Origin: Macrostomum hystrix
Lineage: Eukaryota; Animalia; Platyhelminthes
Direction: 5' to 3'
NCBI GenBank assembly: GCA_950097015.1
Contig: CATNEN010000032.1
Location: forward strand, 2,542,001-2,606,000
Length of the DNA: 64,000 nucleotides
Shown here in pieces: positions 10,701 through 23,310 of the stretch. A program made the translations under genes and the position numbers. Within the stretch, counting starts at the first letter, position 1. Every line of letters begins with the position of its first letter. The notes below the pieces were generated by a model, which was not told the DNA's origin, made no database searches, and saw nothing but the letters and a program-made list of their open reading frames with translations.

Positions 10701-13700
10701 CTGGGAATACTGTACAGGGATTTTGGATCAGGATCTAGATCCCAGATTCTGGAAATGCTGTATAGGAATTTAGGATCAGGGTCTAGATCCCAGATTCTGG
10801 AAATGCTGTATAGGAATTTAGGATCAGGATCTAGATCCCAGATTCTGGGAATACTGTATAGGGATTGTGGATCAGGATCTAGATCCCAGATTCTGGGAAT
10901 ACTATATAGGGATTTTGGATCAGGATCTAGATCCCAGATTCTGGGAATACTATATAGGGATTTTGGATCAGGATCTAGATCCCAGATCCTGGGAATGCTG
11001 TATAGGAATTTAGGATCAGGGTCTAGATCCCAGATTCTGGAAATGCTGTATAGGAATTTAGGATCAGGATCTAGATCCCAGATTCTGGGAATACTGTATA
11101 GGGATTGTGGATCAGGATCTAGATCCCAGATTCTGGGAATACTATATAGGGATTTTGGATCAGGGTCTAGATCCCAGATCCTGGGAATGCTGTATAGGAA
11201 TTTAGGATCAGGGTCTAGATCCCAGATTCTGGAAATGCTGTATAGGAATTTAGGATCAGGGTCTAGATCCCAGATCCTGGAAATGCTGTATAGGAATTTA
11301 GGATCAGGATCTAGATCCCAGATTCTGGAAATGCTGTATAGGAATTTAGGATCAGGGTCTAGATCCCAGATCCTGGAAATGCTGTATAGGAATTTAGGAT
11401 CAGGATCTAGATCCCAGATTCTGGAAATGCTGTATAGGAATTTAGTATCAGGGTCTAGATCCCAGATTCTGGAAATGCTGTATAGGAATTTAGGATCAGG
11501 GTCTAGATCCCAGATTCTGGAAATGCTGTATAGGAATTTAGGATCAGGGTCTAGATCCCAGATTCTGGAAATGCTGTATAGGAATTTAGGATCAGGGTCT
11601 AGATCCCAGATTCTGGAAATGCTGTATAGGAATTTAGGATCAGGGTCTAGATCCCAGATTCTGGAAATGCTGTATAGGAATTTAGGATCAGGGTCTAGAT
11701 CCCATTTTGGGATAGAGAAATGGGATTTAGAATTGTTTCGAAATAGAGCGTGATTCCAGACATGTGTATAGAAACTGGGATTAGAAAGCTAAATAGGGGG
11801 AGCATAAGCTAGTTAAGAATGTCCAACAAATGACTAATTGTATGACTAATGATTTCACCAAAATCTTAAGTACACTCTCAATCCACTAGAAGCTGACCCG
11901 ACTGTTTCCATGACAAATCTAAACAAAAAACCCCAACAAATGCCAGACCAAATCACAACCCGCCTCCTCTAGATTTGACCTTGAAAAATTCTCCATCACG
12001 CCAGCTTGACGTGGGGGAAAATTGAGGAAAATTCAACCGGCCGAAATAGCACCACAAGCAGACTGGAATAGAAAATCGGGGGGGAGACAGGGAAAAATCT
12101 ACGAACAGAACAGAACGGGTGAGGTTGGGATGGCAAACAGACCAATTCGACCTCCAGAGACTAGCATGGCTTACAGCATGGCTTACTAATGCCTATAGTT
12201 GCTTCTGTCAGCATTTTTGGCGACCCGAAAACCTGCCTACAAGGCTTTGGAATTCTGTTAAGAGAAAAACCGAATCCTTAATGAATCCAATCTGCATAAC
12301 TGGCTAAAGTAAAAGTGCATTGCAACATTTCATTAGCTTATCAATCTGGAAAATGGAGTCTCAAAACCAGCTGGGTCTTATCTGAAATTTCTTAGAATAA
12401 ATTTCTGATAAGGAAGAATCAGAAGAACCGTAGGCAGGTGACATTCACCTAGGCCACACCTATTGGTAGCTGGTTAGCTGGCACTGAAGGATAAGAGATT
12501 AGAGAAGACTTTTATTTAATTCTGGACCAGCAGGGCGTGGTCAAGCCAGAGAGGATGCACAAAAGTACATTCCCATAGCTTAAATACAAACTGCGAGAAT
12601 AACGGCAGACGCTGTTGCATAAATCAGAGAGCTAGCAGAAAATGCAATCGGATATCAGCTAATATCTCAATAATACACAGATTGCTTTTGATATTGATTT
12701 TCAAGGAAGATTTTAATGATTACATCACCAAAAATAGTTCAATCAATGCAGGATACCTGATTCTGAATAGCACTGCAATGCGGCTTATTACCCCTAGATT
12801 GTCCCTTGTTACTAGATTATCCTCTCAGCCAATAGCTAGATTATCTCAAAATCAAATCACCCGATTATCCCCACAGCTAATCACTGGATTATCACCTCAG
12901 CTAATCACCGGACTATCTCCTCAGCTAATCACTGGATTATCACCTCAGCTAATCACTGGATTATCTCCTCAGCTAATCACTGGATTATCCCCTTAGCTAA
13001 TCACTGGATTATCCTATCAGTTAATCACTGGATTATCCTATCAGCTAATCACTGGATTATCCCCTTACCTAATCACCAGATTATCCCGTCAGCTAATCAC
13101 TGGATTATATCCTTATTAAATCATTACATTATCCCATCAGCAAATCCATAGATTATCCCCTCAGCCAATCACTGTGTATGTCAGTAAGAGATCACGCAAA
13201 AATATTGTTAAATAAGATCAGGCAGGAATAGCTAGCGGGGGACTGATCCAGCCAGAATTTGTGGGAATACCTTATCGCTCAGCGGCGACATTCCGGCTAT
13301 GTACCTGCCGCCCGGCCCCTCAGATCTGAGGTAGGCACCGGAAGGGCAGCAGAGCAGAGGGGTGGGGTACAGGTCCGCCGGGCAGTGCAGGTGATACACG
13401 TAGCGCAGACTGGGACAGCAAGAATGATTGACAGGGTCACGTTTAGCTCTTTGCCACACCTTCGTAACCAATAGTCTATCCCACACCTGGGAATCCCATA
13501 GTCTATCCCACACCTTGGAATCCCATAGTCTATCCCACACCTGGGAATAGCATAGTCTATCCCACACCTGGGAATAGCATAGTCTATCCCACACCTGGGA
13601 ATCCCATCGTCTATCCCACACCTGGGAATTCCATTGTCTATGCCACACCTGGGAATTCCATTGTCTATGCCACACCTGGGAATTCCATTGTCTATCCCAC

Positions 13701-16700
13701 ACCTGGGAATCCCATAGACTATCCCACACCTGAAGTGCCCATATTCTAGCCCACACCTGAAGTGCCCATATTCTAGCCCACACCTGAAGTAATCTTCCGC
13801 CTGAACCTCCGCTCCTGAAGGCTCAGAGCACTCACCGTGGCTCCACGGGCAGTCTGGTGGCTCCGGCGAAATCGCCCACCCCGGCCAGGTGGGCCACGTG
13901 ACCGGCCCAGGGACCGGCTGCGTTGATCACAACGCTGAAGTTGATGGCGCGCAGATTGTTGTCGGGACACTTCACCTGCGAATTAAGGTTATAGGAGCTT
14001 ATGTGGCTAAGCCTTAGCATACTCATTATCAAATTCTCCCAGATCCTCAATCTACATGAAATTCTCCCAGATCCTCAATCTACCTGGAATTCGACTAGAT
14101 CCTTAATCTGCCTGGAATTCTCCCAGATCCTCAATCTACCTGGAATTCGACCAGATCCTTAATCTACCTGGAATTCGACTAGATCCTTAATCTGCCTGGA
14201 ATTCTCCCAGATCCTCAATCTACCTGGAATTCGACCAGATCCTTAATCTGCCTGGAATTCTCCCAGATCCTCAATCTACCTGGAATTCTCCCAGATCCTC
14301 AATCTACATGGAATTCTTCCAGATCCTCAATCTACATGGAATTCTCCCAGATCCTCAATCTACATGGAATTCTCCCAGATCCTTAATCTACATGGAATTC
14401 GCCCAGATCCTCAATCTATTTTGAATTCGCCCAGATTGAGGATCTACCTGCACTGCTCACCAGGTCCTTACCAGCGCGGCCTTCAGTCGTTTCAGCTCCC
14501 AAAATGTACCATTTTTTTCAAAAGACTGCGTGCCAAACTCGAAGTCGAGAAGTTCTCCAGTCGCGAATCGGACATTTTGAGACACGGATTTGCGCTTGAG
14601 CGCCTGCAGAAACAAGTAGGGATCGAACCAGCCTTCGTTCTCCGAGCCTGCGATCGAGGATGGCGAGGCAACGTTTCAGGGAGTCAGAGTTTAGTGATTG
14701 CTGACCAATTAGAGAAGCCTCAGGTTTATTTTTACTGACCAATCATGGAAGCCTAATCTGATTAACTTCCTGACCAATCAAAGAAGACTAATCTGATTTC
14801 CTTCCTGACCAATCAGAGAAGCCTAATCTGATTTACTTCCTGACCAATCAGAGAATCGCCGGAAAAATATGAAAAAACTCACCGAATGCGCCTAAAGCAA
14901 TGTCGGACACATTCAACCAGGGCCAAGTTTCTTTAATCTTCTCCGGTGAAAGAAGGTCAACTTTTGCGCCAAGTTTCCTAGAAAAAAGGAATGAAGAAAA
15001 GTATTTTATTATTAAACGATTTAATATCAATTCAGAAATTGATACACTTAACAATATTCACCTCTGAACAACATTGTTAGCGCGCAATGTTTCCGCATTG
15101 GCTTCGTCAGCCAGTACCAGGTAACCATGAGGGGCGTAGCAGATGTCAGGTGGGTCCAGGTCTGTGGTAAAAAACATTATATAAGACTAATATAACAATA
15201 GTAATTACACCTGCACCAATAGAGAATAGAGAACACAAACTGAATGATTCATGAGAACACAAACTGAATGATTCATGAGAACACAAACTGAATGATTCAT
15301 GAGAACACAAACTGAATGATTCATGAGAACACAAACTGAAGGATTCATGAGAACACACAAACTGAATGATTCATGAGAACACAAACTGAATGATTCATGA
15401 GAACACAAACTGAAGGATTCATGAGAACACAAACTGAATGATTCATGAGAACACGAACTGAAGGATTCATGAGAACACGAACTGAAGGATTCATGAGAAC
15501 ACAAACTGAATGATTCATGAGAACACAAACTGAAGGATTCATGAGAACACAAACTGAATGATTCATGAGAACACAAACTGAAGGATTCATGAGAACACAA
15601 ACTGAATGATTCATGAGAACACAAACTGAATGATTCATGAGAACACAAACTGAATGATTCATGAGAACACAAACTGAATGATTCATGAGAACACAAACTG
15701 AAGGATTCATGAGAACACACAAACTGAATGATTCATGAGAACACAAACTGAATGATTCATGAGAACACAAACTGAAGGATTCATGAGAACACAAACTGAA
15801 TGATTCATGAGAACACAAACTGAAGGATTCATGAGAACACAAACTGAAGGATTCATGAGAACACAAACTGAATGATTCATGAGAACACAAACTGAAGGAT
15901 TCATGAGAACACAAACTGAAGGATTCATGAGAACACACAAACTGAATGATTCATGAGAACACAAACTGAAGGATTCATGAGAACACAAACTGAATGATTC
16001 ATGAGAACACAAACTGAAGGATTCATGAGAACACAAACTGAATGATTCATGAGAACACAAACTGAAGGATTCATGAGAACACACAAACTGAAGGATTCAT
16101 GAGAACACAAACTGAATGATTCATGAGAACACAAACTGAATGATTCATGAGAACACAAACTGAATGATTCATGAGAACACACAAACTGAAGGATTCATGA
16201 GAACACAAACTGAATGATTCATGAGAACACACAAACTGAAGGATTCATGAGAACACAAACTGAAGGATTCATGAGAACACAAACTGAAGGATTCATGAGA
16301 ACACAAACTGAATGATTCATGAGAACAAATAATGAAGGATTCATGAGAACAAAAACTAAATGATTCATGAGAACACAAACTGAATAATTCATGAGAACAC
16401 ACAAACTGAAGGATTCATGAGAACACAAACTGAATGATTCATGAGAACACACAAACTGAAGGATTCATGAGAACACAAACTGAAGGATTCATGAGAACAC
16501 AAACTGAAGGATTCATGAGAACACAAACTGAATGATTCATGAGAACACAAACTGAATGATTCATGAGAACACACAAACTGAAGGATTCATGAGAACACAA
16601 ACTGAAGGATTCATGAGAACACAAACTGAATGATTCATGAGAACACAAACTGAAGGATTCATGAGAACACAAACTGAATGATTCATGAGAACACAAACTG

Positions 16701-19700
16701 AAGGATTCATGAGAACACAAACTGAAGGATTCATGAGAACACAAACTGAATGATTCATGAGAACACAAACTGAAGGATTCATGAGAACACAAACTGAAGG
16801 ATTCATGAGAACACACAAACTGAATGATTCATGAGAACACAAACTGAAGGATTCATGAGAACACAAACTGAATGATTCATGAGAACACAAACTGAAGGAT
16901 TCATGAGAACACAAACTGAATGATTCATGAGAACACAAACTGAAGGATTCATGAGAACACACAAACTGAAGGATTCATGAGAACACAAACTGAATGATTC
17001 ATGAGAACACAAACTGAATGATTCATGAGAACACAAACTGAATGATTCATGAGAACACACAAACTGAAGGATTCATGAGAACACAAACTGAATGATTCAT
17101 GAGAACACACAAACTGAAGGATTCATGAGAACACAAACTGAAGGATTCATGAGAACACAAACTGAAGGATTCATGAGAACACAAACTGAATGATTCATGA
17201 GAACAAATAATGAAGGATTCATGAGAACAAAAACTAAATGATTCATGAGAACACAAACTGAATAATTCATGAGAACACACAAACTGAAGGATTCATGAGA
17301 ACACAAACTGAATGATTCATGAGAACACACAAACTGAAGGATTCATGAGAACACAAACTGAAGGATTCATGAGAACACAAACTGAAGGATTCATGAGAAC
17401 ACAAACTGAATGATTCATGAGAACAAATAATGAAGGATTCATGAGAACAAAAACTAAATGATTCATGAGAACACAAACTGAATAATTCATGAGAACACAA
17501 ACTGAATGATTCATGAGAACACAAACTAAGGATTCATGAGAACACAAACCGAAGGATACATGAGAACACAAACTGAATGATTCATGAGAACACAAACTAA
17601 GGATTCATGAGAACACAAACTGAAGGATTCATGAGAACACAAACTGAAGGATTCATGAGAACACACAAACTGAATGATTCATGAGAACACAAACTGAAGG
17701 ATTCATGAGAACACAAACTGAATGATTCATGAGAACACAAACTGAAGGATTCATGAGAACACAAACTGAATGATTCATGAGAACACAAACTGAAGGATTC
17801 ATGAGAACACACAAACTGAAGGATTCATGAGAACACAAACTGAATGATTCATGAGAACACAAACTGAATGATTCATGAGAACACAAACTGAATGATTCAT
17901 GAGAACACACAAACTGAAGGATTCATGAGAACACAAACTGAATGATTCATGAGAACACACAAACTGAAGGATTCATGAGAACACAAACTGAAGGATTCAT
18001 GAGAACACAAACTGAAGGATTCATGAGAACACAAACTGAATGATTCATGAGAACAAATAATGAAGGATTCATGAGAACAAAAACTAAATGATTCATGAGA
18101 ACACAAACTGAATAATTCATGAGAACACACAAACTGAAGGATTCATGAGAACACAAACTGAATGATTCATGAGAACACACAAACTGAAGGATTCATGAGA
18201 ACACAAACTGAAGGATTCATGAGAACACAAACTGAAGGATTCATGAGAACACAAACTGAATGATTCATGAGAACAAATAATGAAGGATTCATGAGAACAA
18301 AAACTAAATGATTCATGAGAACACAAACTGAATAATTCATGAGAACACAAACTGAATGATTCATGAGAACACAAACTAAGGATTCATGAGAACACAAACC
18401 GAAGGATACATGAGAACACAAACTGAATGATTCATGAGAACACAAACTAAGGATTCATGAGAACAAAAACTGAAGGATACATGAGAACACAAACTAAGGA
18501 TTCATGAGAACACAAACTAAGGATTCATGAGAACACAAACTAAGGATTCATGAGAACACAAACTAAGGATACATGAGAACACAAACTAAGGATTCATGAG
18601 AACACAAACTAAGGATTCATGAGAACACAAACTGAAGGATACATGAAGACACAAATCGCATTAGAACCCACCGAAGACTGCCAGGTTCTCTTTGATGTTC
18701 CGCAGGAAGTGAGCCCCGAATAGGGACATTTGAATATTCTCGGGCTCAGAGAACTGCTGTCGAATGCCTCCGCAGGACAGCGGGCTGGATGCCCGGGTGT
18801 AGGCTGGGTCCCGCTCCAGCACCACCACCTTGCTAGTGATCTGGCGGCTCAGCCAGTAGGCGACGCTGCAGCCGATGGCGCCGCCGCCGATGACAAGAGC
18901 GTCGCACTCGTCCGGAAAGTCGTCGTCGGTGTCTTTGAAGATTGCGGAATTATAAATTCTGATTATAATCCCGTAATCGTTTTCATATACAAGTTGTATT
19001 GCACCGCCTAACACAGTCCCTCTGAGCTCGATTCCGCGGCGAGACCACACTAATTTGGGGCGTAGTGGTTAGTGAGACTGTACACGGCCTGACGATAAAA
19101 AAGTCTTGGCAGTTGTACAGACGTGTGTGTAAGCGTGCCTGCAGAAGATATCTGTGTGCGTGCGTGTTTAGCAGTCAGCGGAATGGGCCTAATTGCCCCC
19201 TTACTGTGTCACTGACACCAAATTATGTGTTCTCCAGAAAATATTATTAATGTATTTTTGTATGCTCAGGCTGGATCCCTCAGACTGCTCATTTGCTCAG
19301 GCTAGATCCCTCAGACTGCTCATTTGCTCAGGCTAGATCCCTCAGACTGCTCATTTGCTCAGGCTGGATCCCTTAGACTGCTCATTTGCTCAGGCTAGAT
19401 CCCTCAGACTGCTCATTTGCTCAGGCTAGATCCCTCAGACTGCTCATTTGCTCAGGCTGGATCCCTCAGACTGCTCATTTGCTCAGGCTAGATCCCTCAG
19501 ACTGCTCATTTGCTCAGGCTAGATCCCTCAGACTGCTCATTTGCTCAGGCTAGATCCCTCAGACTGCTCATTTGCTCAGGCTAGATCCCTCAGACTGCTC
19601 ATTTGCTCAGGCTAGATCCCTCAGACTGCTCATTTGCTCAGGCTAGATCCCTCAGACTGCTCATTTGCTCAGGCTAGATCCCTCAGACTGCTCATTTGCT

Positions 19701-20193
19701 CAGGCTAGATCCCTCAGACTGCTCATTTGCTCAGGCTAGATCCCTCAGACTGCTCATTTGCTCAGTCTAGATCCCTCAGACTGCTCATTTGCTCAGGCTA
19801 GATCCCTCAGACTGCTCATTTGCTCAGGCTAGATCCCTCAGACTGCTCATTTGCTCATGCTGGATCCCTCAGACTGCTCATTTGCTCAGGCTGGATCCCT
19901 CAGACTGCTCATTTGCTCAGGCTAGATCCCTCAGACTGCTCATTTGCTCAGACGTGATCCCAAAAAATTATCATGTAGTTAGTAGCTCATCCTTTAAACC
20001 AGTCGTTTGCAAACGCACCAACAGCATACGTGGGCTTGCCCTCGACTTTTACGCCCTTCCAGGACGGCTTCTCTACTCGCTCCAGGCCCTGGGTCCGCTT
20101 CGGATCGCCGACAAATCTAGCTCCGGTGCGCGTGCAGAGGTGCCGCACTTGGCAGCCCCATTGGCGAAGGATGCGACCGGCTAGCTGCTGCAA
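7769..20193 (-). CDS. FOXRED1: FAD-dependent oxidoreductase domain-containing protein 1 (complex I assembly factor), 8 exons, ~482 aa
   Basis: Exons 20193-20019, 18932-18672, 15161-15062, 14977-14883, 14647-14472, 13975-13836, 13409-13271 and 8131-7769 join in frame with GT/AG sites (1449 nt). Motifs: LVIGGGAIGCSVAYWL (GxGxxG), RASSPLSCGGIRQQFSEPENIQMSLFG, GSENEGWFDPY, VINAAGPWAG, LPVEPR, WAGFYDYNTFDQN, GSSGHGIQHA and C-terminal ETGII. The start (TTG at 20193) and the first donor are less certain. Confidence 0.93.
8135..8800. repeat. 18-bp then 34-bp minisatellite sharing GGTGAGATTAGATG
   Basis: Tandem units abutting the FOXRED1 last-exon acceptor. Confidence 0.9.
9445..9710 (+). mobile_element. 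SINE-like element copy (B-box region deleted), in a FOXRED1 intron
   Basis: TGGCAGAGCGATTAA head, with a body that aligns to the reverse complement of 24880-25185. Confidence 0.6.
9916..10132 (-). CDS. Candidate alternative (duplicated) FOXRED1 exon 7b
   Basis: Open, GC-rich exon with acceptor tgtag|G (phase 2) and donor TTG|gtacaa (phase 0), the same phases as exon 13409-13271. Its peptide RQSVFVVSLP..PGIDAPFIHEIGTGLHLRRDGFQGDF aligns to the FOXRED1 [35 protein letters not shown] segment (human sequence recalled). A second same-phase acceptor lies at 10180. Confidence 0.6.
10190..11705. repeat. 48-bp minisatellite (GGATCAGGATCTAGATCCCAGATTCTGGGAATACTGTATAGGGATTGT)
   Basis: About 31 units; the ORFs with 16-aa periodicity are artefacts. 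Confidence 0.95.
12830..13170. repeat. 24-bp minisatellite (CTAATCACTGGATTATCCCCTCAG)
   Basis: Tandem units. Confidence 0.88.
13465..13790. repeat. 30/27-bp minisatellite (CTATCCCACACCTGGGAATCCCATAGT)
   Basis: Fills the FOXRED1 intron 13410-13835. Confidence 0.88.
14025..14445. repeat. 28-bp minisatellite (AGATCCTCAATCTACCTGGAATTCTCCC)
   Basis: Fills the FOXRED1 intron 13976-14471. Confidence 0.9.
14695..14852. repeat. 35-bp repeat x5, each unit with a CCAAT box
   Basis: CCAAT at 14705, 14739, 14774, 14809 and 14844. Confidence 0.8.
15230..18655. repeat. 24-bp satellite (GAACACAAACTGAATGATTCATGA), ~140 units, with 878/850-bp higher-order repeats
   Basis: Direct units; identical ORF translations recur at offsets of 878 and 850. 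Confidence 0.97.
19008..19200 (+). mobile_element. Diverged SINE-like copy with internal deletion
   Basis: cagtccctctgagctcgattccgcggcgagaccacactaatttggggcg and gtacacggcctgacgataaaaaag align to the family. Confidence 0.45.
19258..19950. repeat. 31-bp minisatellite (GCTCAGGCTAGATCCCTCAGACTGCTCATTT)
   Basis: About 22 highly homogeneous units. Confidence 0.95.
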
Positions 20194-20319
20194 TCGTTTT
20201 TATTAGTTATATAAGTGCCAAATAAAAGGTTGTTTTAATTTGAACATATAATCACGATTCTCACTGAAGTTACAGCCAATCAGATGGCGCAGTGAGGTTG
20301 TAATGAAAAATACGAGGTT

Positions 20320-20650
20320 ACGAGGGTTAGAAAGGAATGGATTGAGGGCCTCTGGATGAGTGAGGAGTGCCGGTGAGTGAGGTGGGCTTTGAGGGTTAGA
20401 AAGGAATGGATTGAGGGCCTCTGGATGAGTGAGGAGTGCCGGTGAGTGAGGTGGGCTTCGAGGGTTAGAAAGGAATGGATTGAGGGCCTCTGGATGAGTG
20501 AGGAGTGTCAGGGAGTGAGGTGGGCTTCGAGGGTTAGAAAGGAATGGATTGAGGGCCTCTGGATGAGTGAGGAGTGTCAGGGAGTGAGGTGGGCTTCGAG
20601 GGTTAGAAAGGAATGGATTGAGGGCCTCTGGATCAGGAGTGTCAGGGAGT
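20320..20650. repeat. 69-bp tandem repeat x~4.5
   Basis: GAGGGTTAGAAAGGAATGGATTGAGGGCCTCTGGATG.. recurs; the ORF period is 23 aa. Confidence 0.92.
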
Positions 20651-21139
20651 GTGTCTACGAGGGTTATTGGAATTGATTGAAGCCCATTGAGGAATACAAA
20701 AGCGAAGCAAAGAAATAATATTATAGAATTTCTGTTCACTTAGATTTTTCAGTTAAAATTCGGCAACAAATGTCTCGTTAAGCCACTTTGTGCGCTACAA
20801 CACGTTTTTTATTGCGTCAAGTCACCGCAATATGCTATGGCAAGTGATTATTCATGCAGAGCTTAAAAAGCAAAACAGGCGTTAATAGGAAACAAAAACA
20901 AAAGAGGCAATAAGGAGAGCTATTTGAAAAAATGAAGCTCTTCATAAATAAAGAGCATTGAAAGTGTGGTACCAAAACTGAAAATAAATAACATTTTTCA
21001 TGCTGTGTACGAACTAAGCAAACACAATAAACTAGGGAAGATATTATATATCGAGACAAATATCTGTGTCCTCGATTGGTCGAAAGGATTTTAAAATAAC
21101 AAAGCGTGACTTGGACATGGTGGAATTAGCCTAATTAGG

Positions 21140-22070
21140 GCAACTGATAGCCAAGGACATAACTGACCCAGACTAATGAGCACACCTGCTCACCGAGGAC
21201 ATAACTGACCCAGACTAATGGGCACACCTGCTCACCGAGGACATAACTGACCCAGACTAATGAGCACACCCGCTCACCGAGGACATAACTGACCCAGACT
21301 AATGAGCACACCTGCTCACCGAGGACATAACTGACCCAGACTAATGAGCACACGTGCTCAACGAGGACATAACTGACCCAGACTAATGAGCACACCTGCT
21401 AACCGAGGACATAACTGATCCAGACTAATGAGCACACCTGCTCACCGAGGACATAACTGACCCAGACTAATGAGCACACCTGCTCACCGAGGACATAACT
21501 GATCCAGACTAATGAGCACACCTGCTCACCGAGGACATAACTGACCCAGACTAATAAGCACACCTGCTCACCGAGGACATAACTGATCCAGACTAATGAG
21601 CACACCTGCTCACCGAGGACATAACTGATCCAGACTAATGAGCACACCTGCTCACCGAGGACATAACTGACCCAGACTAATGAGCACACCTGCTCACCGA
21701 GGACATAACTGATCCAGACTAATGAGCACACCTGCTCACCGAGGACATAACTGATCCAGACTAATGAGCACACCTGCTCAACGAGGACATAACTGACCCA
21801 GACTAATGAGCACACCTGCTCACCGAGGACATAACTGATCCAGACTAATGAGCACACCTGCTCACCGAGGACATAACTGATCCAGACTAATAAGCACACC
21901 TGCTCACCGAGGACATAACTGACCCAGACTAATGAGCACACCTGCTCACCGAGGACATAACTGATCCAGACTAATGAGCACACCTGCTCACCGAGGACAT
22001 AACTGATCCAGACTAATGAGCACACCTGCTCACCGAGGACATAACTGATCCAGACTAATGAGCACACCTG
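21140..22070. repeat. 42-bp minisatellite (GAGGACATAACTGATCCAGACTAATGAGCACACCTGCTCACC)
   Basis: About 22 units. Confidence 0.95.
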
Positions 22071-22774
22071 TTTAGTAAGTCAAGATAATACTAAACGAAC
22101 ACTGGTCAGATGTCTTCAACGAGAACAAATATTAAAAAAACGGTCCTGCAAACAAGCAAACATACAATATCTTAAAAGCGTCAATAATTTCGAATTAATG
22201 CCCTTAACAGTTTTATAAATAGTAAATGAAAAATAAATAAATTGAGAAAACTAGCGAATCAAAGGTTCTATAAAAGTACATCCTAAGATTTTATTGCACT
22301 TGCAAATTGCCAATAAACAAACAAAAATAACATAACAGTGCAAATAATTCATGCAAATTTTTTTATGCCGACAGGATCAATTATTGGTCGGTTAGTTTTG
22401 CGAAATATTTTGTGATAATTAACTCGTCGACGAAGCAATAAGAGACAGTTACCCTTGAATTCTATAGCGTTAACAGCTAAACCAAAACAAAACAAAAACT
22501 AGCTAAACCAATGAAAAAGTGTACGTTAATAACCGGATAATAGACTAGCAGTTACTAAATAACAAGCATGTTTCAAGCATTGCAGACACACAACGAAACA
22601 TAAATAAAAGTAGATATTAAAATAGCAAATGTAATAAAATGTTGCTAAGTCGATAAAAAATTGACTAAAACAAGCAATGACAACTATAATTTAGGATTTT
22701 TAATTAATTAAGCCTTATTAGGAGTCAGCTTTGAAACCAATTAGCCGCTTCCCTGCAATGCAGACTACCCACAG

Positions 22775-23105
22775 AATCGGCGATCCACAGAGGGTTCCGA
22801 GCCGTTAAAATTAATGGGAAAATCGGCGATCCACAGAGGGTTCCGAGCCCTTAAAATTAATGGGAAAATCGGCGATCCACAGAGGGTTCCGAGCCGTTAA
22901 AATTAATGGGAAAATCGGCGATCCACAGAGGGTTCCGAGCCGTTAAAATTAATGGGAAAATCGGCGATCCACAGAGGGTTCCGAGCCCTTAAAATTAATG
23001 GGAAAATCGGCGATCCACAGAGGGTTCCGAGCCCTTAAAGAAAAATGGGGAAAATCGGCGATCCACAGAGGGTTCCGAGCCGTTAAAGAAAAATGGGGAA
23101 AATCT
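22775..23105. repeat. 46-bp tandem repeat x~7
   Basis: AATCGGCGATCCACAGAGGGTTCCGAGCC.. starts at 22775, 22821, 22867 and onward. Confidence 0.93.
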
Positions 23106-23310
23106 GAGATCCAGAGAAATTATCGGCGAATCCACTGAACTACCCAAAGGTAAACGGAGGTATTAAGTTGTCTCCTATATTAACTAATCGTAGAGACGTC
23201 TCGCGTTTTCGATTTAGTTCTAGCAGCGGTAAGTGCAGTTATCAAAACAAAAAATACTTTTCTTGAAGCCGCAAACAGGTAACTGATCAATCAATCAATC
23301 ATTCAGTCAA

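Noticed and set aside
20203-20739. Signal-peptide-like ORF (NRNSIILFLCFAFVFLNGLQS) followed by repeats
   Set aside because: It starts at GTG in AT-rich sequence and is mostly the 69-bp repeat, with no homology or splice support.
21140-23105. CRISPR-like appearance of the 42-, 46- and 31-bp arrays
   Set aside because: Units are contiguous with no unique spacers, there are no cas genes, and the context is eukaryotic.
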